24,000 bases of DNA from Leptotrichia sp. oral taxon 215 str. W9775. Its GTDB lineage: Bacteria; Fusobacteriota; Fusobacteriia; Fusobacteriales; Leptotrichiaceae. Under the pieces are notes generated by a model. It was not told the origin of the DNA and ran no database searches. It saw only the letters and a list, made by a program, of their open reading frames with translations. The position numbers and the translations under genes are program-made. Every line of letters starts with the position of its first letter. The first letter of the stretch is position 1. The stretch is from the NCBI RefSeq assembly GCF_000469505.1, contig NZ_KI272830.1, positions 1 through 24,000 of the forward strand. The letters are read 5' to 3'. Shown one piece after another: positions 7,662 through 15,262 of this stretch.

Positions 7662-8741
7662 ATGGATTTTGATATTAAATGGGAAGTTCTGAAGGAGCTG
7701 ACAGAAACTTATGCAATTTCAGGCTTTGAAGAGGATATTACCAATATGTTGAAAAAGAATATAAATTTTCCATTTTCTCAGGATGGACTTGGATCCTGCC
7801 TTTTCACAAAGGAAGGAAACGGAATTTCCATAATGATAGCAACTCATATGGATGAAGTAGGATTTGTAGTCAGGGAAATAGATGAACAGGGGTACTTATA
7901 TTTTCAGAATGTAGGAAATATGTGGTCACATGTTCTGCTTAACCAGAAGGTAGCAGTTATAAATGAGGAAAAAAAGATTTATTACGGTGTTATTGGTGGA
8001 CCGGCAGTCCATTCAATAAAGGAAAAGGAAAGAGAAAAGGTATTGCCGATTGATAAACTGTATATTGATATGGGAGTCAGCAGTAAGAAAAGGATAGAAG
8101 AACTGGGAATAAAAGTAGGGGACATGATATGTCCATATGCAGAAATGATGGAACTTAATGAGGAAGGATATCTTGCTGGAAAATCCTTTGACAATCGTGT
8201 AAGCGTTGCAACGGGAATATGGCTTATGAATATGCTGAAAAATGAAAATACAGGGAACAAAGTCACATTGGCAGCAACAGTACAGGAGGAAGTTGGGCTA
8301 AGAGGTGCAAGAACGACAGCACATAAAGTATTTCCTGATTTGGCAATAGCTGTAGATACTACTTTGGCGGGGGATACACCTTTAAATAAAAATAATATAA
8401 AGCTTGGAAAAGGAGTAGCTATTAATGTTATTGATTCAATGACTATAATGAACAGGGGACTTCTCATTTACATGGAAAATTTATGCAGAAAAAACAATAT
8501 CCCTTATCAGCTGAGCTGTTTTACAGACGGTGGAACAGATGCAGGAAATATTCATAAATCTGGAATAGGAATACCTGCAACAACTTTATCCATACCGATG
8601 AGATACATGCATACTCATCTTGGGGTTGTGCATAAGGATGATATTATCTCAGCATTAAAACTGCTAAAACTGATAATAGAAGACCTGACTCCTGAAAAGT
8701 ATGAAAGAATACTAAAGGAAAACTATCATTACAGCGAATAG
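7662..8741 (+). CDS. M42-family metallo-aminopeptidase (FrvX/YpdE/TET-like), canonical active site
   Basis: All motifs are present: ATHMDEVGF, GKSFDNRV, QEEVGLRGA, IAVDTT, RYMHTH. The ORF track start 7653 (GTG) overlaps the upstream stop. ATG 7662 follows GGGTGAG. The end coordinate is secure. Confidence 0.85.
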   Translation: MDFDIKWEVLKELTETYAISGFEEDITNMLKKNINFPFSQDGLGSCLFTKEGNGISIMIATHMDEVGFVVREIDEQGYLYFQNVGNMWSHVLLNQKVAVINEEKKIYYGVIGGPAVHSIKEKEREKVLPIDKLYIDMGVSSKKRIEELGIKVGDMICPYAEMMELNEEGYLAGKSFDNRVSVATGIWLMNMLKNENTGNKVTLAATVQEEVGLRGARTTAHKVFPDLAIAVDTTLAGDTPLNKNNIKLGKGVAINVIDSMTIMNRGLLIYMENLCRKNNIPYQLSCFTDGGTDAGNIHKSGIGIPATTLSIPMRYMHTHLGVVHKDDIISALKLLKLIIEDLTPEKYERILKENYHYSE

Positions 8742-8768
8742 AACAATAAAACTTGAGGAGGTAAGAAA

Positions 8769-9734
8769 ATGTGGGGAATAATTGCAACATGGTGTATGGC
8801 ACATGACGGTGTCAAAGAAGCGGCAGAAATACTGAAAAATGATGGGAATGCAGGAAAAGCAATAGAAACAGCAATAAAAAATGTTGAAGATTTTCCTTTT
8901 TATAAATCTGTAGGCTATGGTGGCCTTCCAAATGAAGAAATGGAAGTGGAACTGGATGCGGCATATATGGATGGAAGCAACTTTGATTTTGGTGCAGTTT
9001 GTGCCATTAAGGATTTTGCCAATCCTATATCTATTGCAAAGGATTTGAGTCATTTAAATGAAAATAGCATGTTAGTAAGTGAAGGAGCAGAAAAATATGC
9101 TCATAAAAGAGGATTTGAAAGAAAAAATATGCTGACAGACAGGGCAAAAATTCATTATAAAAATAGATTGAAGGATATGGCGCATATAGAAGAAATGGCG
9201 ATAAAACCTTATTCAGGACATGATACGGTAGGTATGGTATGTCTTGATACAGATGAAAATATAGTTGCAGGAACTTCTACAAGTGGACTTTTCATGAAAA
9301 AGAAAGGTAGAGTGGGAGATTCCCCTGTAATCGGATCAGGACTTTATGCTGACAGTGAAATCGGTGGAGCAAGTGCAACAGGGCTTGGAGAAGATATAAT
9401 GAAGGGAATAATCTCATATGAAATAGTAAAACTTATGGAAAATGGACTATCTCCTCAGGAAGCATGTGAAAAGGCTGTATTCAGTTTTGAAAAAAAATTA
9501 ATAGGAAAAAGGGGAAGAGCAGGGGATATTTCTGTAATTGCCATGAATAATAAAGGAGAATGGGGAGCAGCTACAAATATTGAGAATTTTTCCTTTGTTG
9601 CCGGAAATGAAACAAATCCTGTAAAAGTATACAGGACAAAAAGAAAAGGCGATAAAATGGTGCATGAAGAAGCAACTAAAGAATGGCTGCAGGAATACAT
9701 AGATGAAAGAACAAAACCTCTTGTAGAAAAGTAA
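8769..9734 (+). CDS. Ntn-hydrolase of the asparaginase-2 family, glycosylasparaginase type (N4-(beta-N-acetylglucosaminyl)-L-asparaginase-like); no signal peptide
   Basis: Autoprocessing motif GHD-TVGMVCLD, substrate-binding GRVGDSPVIGSG, and ATGLGEDIM. The N-terminal pattern ATW...SVGYGGLPNEEMEVELDAAYMDG is typical of glycosylasparaginases rather than the GTVGAVA-type isoaspartyl peptidases. GAGGAGG SD is present. Confidence 0.75.
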   Translation: MWGIIATWCMAHDGVKEAAEILKNDGNAGKAIETAIKNVEDFPFYKSVGYGGLPNEEMEVELDAAYMDGSNFDFGAVCAIKDFANPISIAKDLSHLNENSMLVSEGAEKYAHKRGFERKNMLTDRAKIHYKNRLKDMAHIEEMAIKPYSGHDTVGMVCLDTDENIVAGTSTSGLFMKKKGRVGDSPVIGSGLYADSEIGGASATGLGEDIMKGIISYEIVKLMENGLSPQEACEKAVFSFEKKLIGKRGRAGDISVIAMNNKGEWGAATNIENFSFVAGNETNPVKVYRTKRKGDKMVHEEATKEWLQEYIDERTKPLVEK

Positions 9735-9747
9735 GGAAGGTAAAAAA

Positions 9748-10974
9748 ATGGATGATACTTTAAAAAATAAAGGAAGTATTTGTGAAAAAGAAAGTAAAAT
9801 GAAGAAAAGTAATTCTGAAAATTTCTGTGATGATAAAATAATTATGGAAATAAAGGAAGAGGTAAAGAAAATACAGCCTGAATTAATAGAAACAATACGT
9901 GAATTAGTTTCGATTTACAGTATTCAGATGGAAGCTGAAGAAAATGCCCCATTTGGAAAAGGGCCTGCCGAAGCACTGGATAAAGCTTTGGAAATATCAG
10001 AAAGATTTAGATTTACCACAGTGAATATAGACAATAAAATAGGTTATGCAGAATATGTGTCAGAAGGAATTAAGGATTGTGATGAATATATAGGAGTTTT
10101 CGGTCATGTGGATGTAGTTCCTCTTGGTGAAGGGTGGAAACATTCTCCATTAGGCGGAGAAATAGAAAATAACCGTATATATGGAAGAGGAGTTCTGGAT
10201 AATAAAGGGCCTATTCTTTCAAATCTGTTTGCCCTTCATATTTTGAAGAAATTAGGGATAAAATTTGATGTCCCTGTAAGAGTAGTTTTTGGAACAAATG
10301 AAGAAACGGGCTTCGGATGTGTAAAACATTATCTCACAAAGGAGAAACCTCCTGTTTTTGGATGGACTCCTGACTGTAAGTGGCCAGTTGTGTATGGAGA
10401 AAGAGGAAGGCTCAAAGTAAGAATATATTCAGAAATGAAGGATTTAGACAAATTATATGATTTTGTAAATAACTATATTTTATCAGCTCCCAACAATGGA
10501 GTGAAATTGAAGATAGATTTTAGAGATGATGACTTTGGAGAAATGATATTAAGAGGTTACAGATTTGGAATTTCTGAAAATAGACATTTTTTTGAATTTG
10601 TAATGAGTTATCCTGCAGTATGTAAAAAAGAACAGCTTATGGATTTAATTAGAAGCAGCCTTGCAGAAGGAACAGAATTGGAGGAAATTGCCAACTGGAA
10701 TCCTGTATTATATGATAAAAATTCTGAATATGTGCAGACTTTACAGAAGGTATATAATTATGTTACAGGCTTTGATGCTAAACCTGTAACAACGACAGGA
10801 GGTACTTATGCAAAAATAATTCCTAATATTATTGCTTATGGTCCAAGTTTTCCTGGTCAGAAGGATATAGCACATTTACCTGATGAATGGTTTGATTTGT
10901 CAGATTTACAGAAAATAACGGAAATTTATGCACTTTCATTATATGAAATAAGTAAGTTGAAAAATAGAAAATAA
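9748..10974 (+). CDS. M20-family dipeptidase (PepV/Sapep-like)
   Basis: Motifs GHVDVVPLGEGW, GRGVLDNKGP and TNEETG. AAGGAAGG SD lies before ATG 9748. There is an N-terminal extension of about 30 aa relative to what I expect for the family. Confidence 0.85.
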   Translation: MDDTLKNKGSICEKESKMKKSNSENFCDDKIIMEIKEEVKKIQPELIETIRELVSIYSIQMEAEENAPFGKGPAEALDKALEISERFRFTTVNIDNKIGYAEYVSEGIKDCDEYIGVFGHVDVVPLGEGWKHSPLGGEIENNRIYGRGVLDNKGPILSNLFALHILKKLGIKFDVPVRVVFGTNEETGFGCVKHYLTKEKPPVFGWTPDCKWPVVYGERGRLKVRIYSEMKDLDKLYDFVNNYILSAPNNGVKLKIDFRDDDFGEMILRGYRFGISENRHFFEFVMSYPAVCKKEQLMDLIRSSLAEGTELEEIANWNPVLYDKNSEYVQTLQKVYNYVTGFDAKPVTTTGGTYAKIIPNIIAYGPSFPGQKDIAHLPDEWFDLSDLQKITEIYALSLYEISKLKNRK

Positions 10975-10981
10975 TAAAGTA

Positions 10982-11030
10982 AAAAAACTGCCTTTTATTC
11001 TTAAAAATAAGAGTATCAGACAGTTTTTAT
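10982..11030 (+). terminator. Rho-independent terminator of the PTS/peptidase cluster
   Basis: Outer stem AAAAACTG (10982-10989) / CAGTTTTT (11020-11027), with an inner stem TATTCTT / AAGAGTA, followed by a T-rich tail. Confidence 0.55.
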
Positions 11031-11072
11031 TATTTTCAATTCTCAATTAACCCAATAAATTTAGAAATAATT

Positions 11073-11195
11073 CTAAATATAAATTTTATCCCTTCTATCT
11101 ATTTGAACAATTAAAATGACTAATTCTTCCTTTTTAATTTTTGCAATAATCCTATAGTTTTTAACTCTATATCTCCAAAATCCTTTCAGAGTACA
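11073..11195 (-). pseudogene. 5'-truncated RelE/ParE-family type II toxin remnant
   Basis: The minus-strand frame reads CTLKGFWRYRVKNYRIIAKIKKEELVILIVQIDRRDKIYI*. This matches the C-terminal signature of RelE/ParE toxins (LKG..WRxRVGDYRIIYxIxxxELVILVxxIxxRKDxY). An in-frame TAA lies immediately upstream. There is no start codon, no N-terminal half and no antitoxin gene. Confidence 0.6.
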
Positions 11196-11218
11196 TTAGA
11201 TTATATTTCAGTTTCCTC

Positions 11219-11626
11219 CTATTTTTTTCTATATAGGCAAATACTGTATCCTTTTTCCAATTCCTCAGCATGAATGAAATCCATAAGAGTATTTTCTTCA
11301 GCTGCAGCTACTTCAGGTGTGACTTCAAAAATTGAAATAACATAGTGTTTTCCTGCTTCAACTGGAGGACAAGTAATAGAGATACTTTTTGCTTTTATTC
11401 TTGAATTAAGCACACTATTGGCAGGTAATTCATAGTTGGCAGTAACTACATGTGCATCAGGTGATACTTTTACAACATCTTCTAAGTCATAGCCTTTCAT
11501 ATGCTCAAATTCAGAAAAATTTTGACCATCAATTGTAATTTTTTTACCACAATAAATATGAAAATATGCCTTCGTACTGTCACTCATAAATTCTTTTTTC
11601 TTTTTTCCATTAAATAAACCGAACAT
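11219..11626 (-). CDS. Hypothetical protein (135 aa), no recognised domain
   Basis: Clean ORF with GAAGGAGAAA SD before the ATG. It is transcribed divergently from the 11891 gene. No motif recognised. Confidence 0.6.
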   Translation of the reverse strand: MFGLFNGKKKKEFMSDSTKAYFHIYCGKKITIDGQNFSEFEHMKGYDLEDVVKVSPDAHVVTANYELPANSVLNSRIKAKSISITCPPVEAGKHYVISIFEVTPEVAAAEENTLMDFIHAEELEKGYSICLYRKK

Positions 11627-11738
11627 TTTTTTCTCCTTCTTATTAAATAAAATTAATTTTTACTATAAAAATTATATCATAAGCAAAAAAAAATTTAAAT
11701 ATTTCTTTTTAAAAATATGGAAATTATGTAATAAAAAA

Positions 11739-11767
11739 TTGACTATTCTACTGTTAAGTTATATAAT
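11739..11767 (+). promoter_or_regulatory. Near-consensus sigma70 promoter for the 11891 gene
   Basis: TTGACT (11739-11744), 17 nt spacer, TATAAT (11762-11767). This implies a leader of about 115 nt before ATG 11891. Confidence 0.5.
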
Positions 11768-11890
11768 TGTATTACTGAAGTAAAATATGAAAAAGAAGAG
11801 TTATTTATAAAAATTATTTAGGGAAGTAGTAATATTGATAATATATGTAATTGTTTAAATTAGAATAAATCAAAAATTTATGGAGGAAAA

Positions 11891-12808
11891 ATGAGTGTAA
11901 GCTTTTATGTGCAAAACAAGAAAAAATTTTTAGGTTATGAGCCAGTTTTAAATGTTGAAACTGCATTGAGTTTACTGGATAAGGAGCTTTACAGCTATAA
12001 TACTGGAAATATTGATATTAACGATTTGCTGTTATCTCCAGTTTCTAATTATCAATGTCTATTAATAGGAGATGGTAAAGATAGTTCAAGAGGATTTGAA
12101 TTATTTTATGATAATAAAGATAAGTATTATAGTGTGCGGGTTTTTACTCCGTCATCCAGGGAAGATTGGCTTTTGGCATTGGAATATATAAAAGCATTGG
12201 CTAAGAAATTTGATTCAAAAATTATAAGTGAAACAGGAGAAGAATATACAGCTGAAAATATTGATAAATTTGACTATGAAAGAGATATACTTTATGGAAT
12301 AGAAGTAATTTCATCAAGAGTTAAAGGTGATGAGCCGACTCTTTACAGTATTTTTGGCATAAATAGAGTTGTGTCCTTTAATCAGGAAATGATTGATAAA
12401 ATAGAAAATTCAGATAGCCCTATTGATACTTTTTCTAATATGGTAAAGGAAATACAGTATTTAGATGCCTATTCGGCAAATCAGCGATTTTTCAAAAACA
12501 AGGAAGATGGAAGAATAAGAGGAGCTTATACTCTTACACAAAATATTAGAACAATACTTCCTTACAAGCCTAGTGTTGAATTTGAAAATTCAGATATAGT
12601 TAAAAATGAAGATATTGCCTTCTGGGATATTGGATTAGTAACTATTGACGGAGATGAAAACGATAAAGACAGTTATAATGTTGCGGCATATTTAAATTAT
12701 GATGATTTTATTAAAAATTTGCCAGAAAATAAATACAGATTTATAGATGCTTCGTATATTATGGTTGAACCATTAAACAGGGAAGAACTTTTAGGATTAG
12801 TAAAATAG
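11891..12808 (+). CDS. Hypothetical cytoplasmic protein (305 aa), no recognised catalytic motif
   Basis: ORF with GGAGGA SD. It is acidic and has no TM segment or signal peptide. It possibly belongs to a DUF family seen in Fusobacteria and Firmicutes, but I cannot verify that. Confidence 0.7.
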   Translation: MSVSFYVQNKKKFLGYEPVLNVETALSLLDKELYSYNTGNIDINDLLLSPVSNYQCLLIGDGKDSSRGFELFYDNKDKYYSVRVFTPSSREDWLLALEYIKALAKKFDSKIISETGEEYTAENIDKFDYERDILYGIEVISSRVKGDEPTLYSIFGINRVVSFNQEMIDKIENSDSPIDTFSNMVKEIQYLDAYSANQRFFKNKEDGRIRGAYTLTQNIRTILPYKPSVEFENSDIVKNEDIAFWDIGLVTIDGDENDKDSYNVAAYLNYDDFIKNLPENKYRFIDASYIMVEPLNREELLGLVK

Positions 12809-12826
12809 TTTAAAAATAACTGAAAT

Positions 12827-12966
12827 AAAAAAGACTGTTTCAAAAATATAAAAACAACATAAAAAACTATATTTTCATCATTTCCTATTTTACATTGTGA
12901 AATTTTAATTCGAAAATATAGTTTTTTTATCTAATTTTATAGTTTTTTGAGAAAGTCTCTTTTTTT
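12827..12966. repeat. Nested-hairpin intergenic repeat element, copy B (also a bidirectional terminator position between convergent genes)
   Basis: Outer imperfect inverted repeat AAAAAAGACTGTTTCAAAAA (12827-12846) / TTTTTTGAGAAAGTCTCTTTTTTT (12943-12966). Inner perfect 16-bp inverted repeat AAAAAACTATATTTTC (12861-12876) / GAAAATATAGTTTTTT (12912-12927). The core TCATTTCCTATTTTACATTGTGAAATTTTAA (12878-12908) is shared with copy A. Confidence 0.6.
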
Positions 12967-13065
12967 ATACATCAAAATATAAGAAAATTTTGATTGTAGA
13001 AGATAAAGTTTACAGAGATTTTTAGTTTTAAATTACCTATTTAATATTATTTTTTCTAATTCAAG

Positions 13066-13401
13066 TTATTTAACTTTTACAATTTCCCCTGAATTACTGT
13101 TTACATCGTATTCAAACTTCTTTCCGTTTACGTAAAATTCAATTTCATATACGGCAACACCATTTTCTACCCCAAGCTGAATTTTAGTAATTTTAGCATC
13201 ACGTTCTGCCACTCTTGCATGAGATAACGCAATCTGTTTAGCTTTTTCAGAAGAGATATTTTTTCCTGCAGAAAATCTAATTTTTTCAGCAGTATTATTC
13301 TGATTAAGAATAAAATCATTATAATTAATGTTAGCAGAATATACTGTTATTTCAAGCAAAAGAGAAATAATTACTATTGATTTTAAAAATATTTTTTTCA
13401 A
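13066..13401 (-). CDS. Secreted PepSY-domain protein
   Basis: N-terminal signal sequence, then a PepSY-like segment SSEKAKQIALSHARVAERDAKITKIQLGVENGVAVYEIEFYVNGKKFEYDVNSNSGEIV. Confidence 0.8.
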   Translation of the reverse strand: MKKIFLKSIVIISLLLEITVYSANINYNDFILNQNNTAEKIRFSAGKNISSEKAKQIALSHARVAERDAKITKIQLGVENGVAVYEIEFYVNGKKFEYDVNSNSGEIVKVK

Positions 13402-13427
13402 TTTTATTCTCCCTTCCTATTTCAATT

Positions 13428-13778
13428 TTACTTATTAGAGCTCCATTTTATAGCTCTTCCTGTGTAAGCATCAATTTCAAAATCATACGTTACTCCGGCA
13501 TGAATCAGTTTACCTTTAAATGAATCTCCTTCTCCACGGAAATCTTTAATTTCTGATACGTTTGAACCAGGAACTCTGGCTGTAACAATTTGTTTAACCC
13601 TGTCATGTGAAAGTTTTGTTCTATCATTTTTTGCACTTTTAATTTCTGAATTTCCAGTCTGATTTTCAATAACAAGATTTGGAGTTTTTACTGCTACATC
13701 AGGTTTACCTGTAGCAAATCCAATACTTCCTATAATCAGAAGACTAGACAAAGCCCATTTTAAATAATTCTTTTTCAT
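13428..13778 (-). CDS. Secreted or membrane-anchored PepSY-domain protein
   Basis: N-terminal hydrophobic leader, then a PepSY-like segment LSHDRVKQIVTARVPGSNVSEIKDF...GVTYDFEIDAYTGRAI. GGAGG SD is present. An extended -10 TGCTATAAT lies in the 13779-13897 gap on the minus strand. Confidence 0.8.
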   Translation of the reverse strand: MKKNYLKWALSSLLIIGSIGFATGKPDVAVKTPNLVIENQTGNSEIKSAKNDRTKLSHDRVKQIVTARVPGSNVSEIKDFRGEGDSFKGKLIHAGVTYDFEIDAYTGRAIKWSSNK

Positions 13779-13897
13779 ATCGATACCTCCTTATTTGTCT
13801 TATTATAGCATATTTATTTCTGTAATTCTATAATAGCAAATTTTCATTAAAGAAAAATGAGAAAAAAGACTTTTCAAAATAATTTTTAATAAAAAAT

Positions 13898-15262
13898 TTA
13901 TAGTAAATGGATTTTAAGTGGAATTTTTATTGTGAAAATTGTTCCTTCACCAAGTTTACTTACAACCGAAATAGTTCCACTATGAGCTTCCACAATCCAT
14001 TTTACCATTGAAAGGCCAAGTCCTGTTCCCTCACTGTTACGTGAAGGATCAACCTGGTAAAATCTTGTCCATATTTTATTAATATGTTCATCACTTATTC
14101 CAATTCCGTCATCAGCAATTTTGATTACAATTGTTTTCTCCTGCACATCTAAATCAACATAAATATTTCCGTTAGTTTTTCCATATGTAACAGCATTTGA
14201 GAGAAGATTTATAAAAACTCTCATTATCATTATTTCATCAATATCAGCATAAATATCAGGGGTAATTTTAGAAAAGATATTTATATTTTTTCTTTTGGCA
14301 TCTTCCCTTCTGGAATCAATAACAATTTCTGCCAGTTCACTAATATTGACATTAGCCAGATTTAATTTCTGATGTCCCCTGTCCATTCTTGAAAGGGTTA
14401 GAAGCTGAGAAACAAGCTGTGACATTTTTTGAGCTTCATTAAAGATTATGTTAAAGATATTTTTACCTTCTTCAACAGAAACTAAATTTTCCTTTCCATA
14501 TTCCGACTGGGACATTATGACAGAAATTGGTGTCCGTAATTCATGAGATACATCTGAATTAAACTGTACTTCCCTTTCAAAAGAATCTTGCAGTCTGTCA
14601 AACATTGTATCAAATGTATTTGCTAACGTATAAATTTCATCATTTCCTTCACCCAGGTTTATCCTTTGTGATAAGTCGTTTCCTTCGTTTATTTTTTCAG
14701 CGGCAGACCTAATTTTTTTAATAGGTATGAAAGCATTTCGGGTTATAATATATCCAATTATTCCGGCAAAAATAAGGAAAAATGGAAATATAATAAGAGA
14801 GATTGAAATTACAGTTTCTATGGCCTGACTTGCTCCAACTGCAGACATTACACCACGAATCCAGATTTCTCCATATCCTTCATAATTTTTTTTACTTTCA
14901 TATACATACCATTTTTCATGCTGATGTTTAACAGTTTTAATAATTTTTTTGTCTGAAAAAGTATCGTCATATTCAAAATTTAGAGGATTATTACCGTATA
15001 CAAATCCTAAATTTTTATTGTATACTGAAATCTGTATTGTGTTTATTTTGGTTTCCATATCATTGTCAACGATAATTTCCCCATTTTTGACATATATCTC
15101 CTTAAAGCTGCTTTCCACTGTAGTTTTAAGATATCCATATTCATAAGAATGGATAATCTTTTCACTCATATAGAAAATAATCAGAAGAAAGAGTATTACA
15201 AGACCTGTCATTAATCCCATATACCATAGCATTATTTTCAGTTTTATAGAAATTTTATTCAT
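13898..15262 (-). CDS. Sensor histidine kinase (two TM segments, extracytoplasmic loop, HAMP, HisKA, HATPase_c)
   Basis: H-box SHELRTPIS, N-box LLSNAVTYG, G-boxes DDGIGI and GTGLGLS. Two TM segments flank a loop of about 125 aa. It overlaps the response-regulator stop by 8 nt. Confidence 0.92.
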   Translation of the reverse strand: MNKISIKLKIMLWYMGLMTGLVILFLLIIFYMSEKIIHSYEYGYLKTTVESSFKEIYVKNGEIIVDNDMETKINTIQISVYNKNLGFVYGNNPLNFEYDDTFSDKKIIKTVKHQHEKWYVYESKKNYEGYGEIWIRGVMSAVGASQAIETVISISLIIFPFFLIFAGIIGYIITRNAFIPIKKIRSAAEKINEGNDLSQRINLGEGNDEIYTLANTFDTMFDRLQDSFEREVQFNSDVSHELRTPISVIMSQSEYGKENLVSVEEGKNIFNIIFNEAQKMSQLVSQLLTLSRMDRGHQKLNLANVNISELAEIVIDSRREDAKRKNINIFSKITPDIYADIDEIMIMRVFINLLSNAVTYGKTNGNIYVDLDVQEKTIVIKIADDGIGISDEHINKIWTRFYQVDPSRNSEGTGLGLSMVKWIVEAHSGTISVVSKLGEGTIFTIKIPLKIHLL

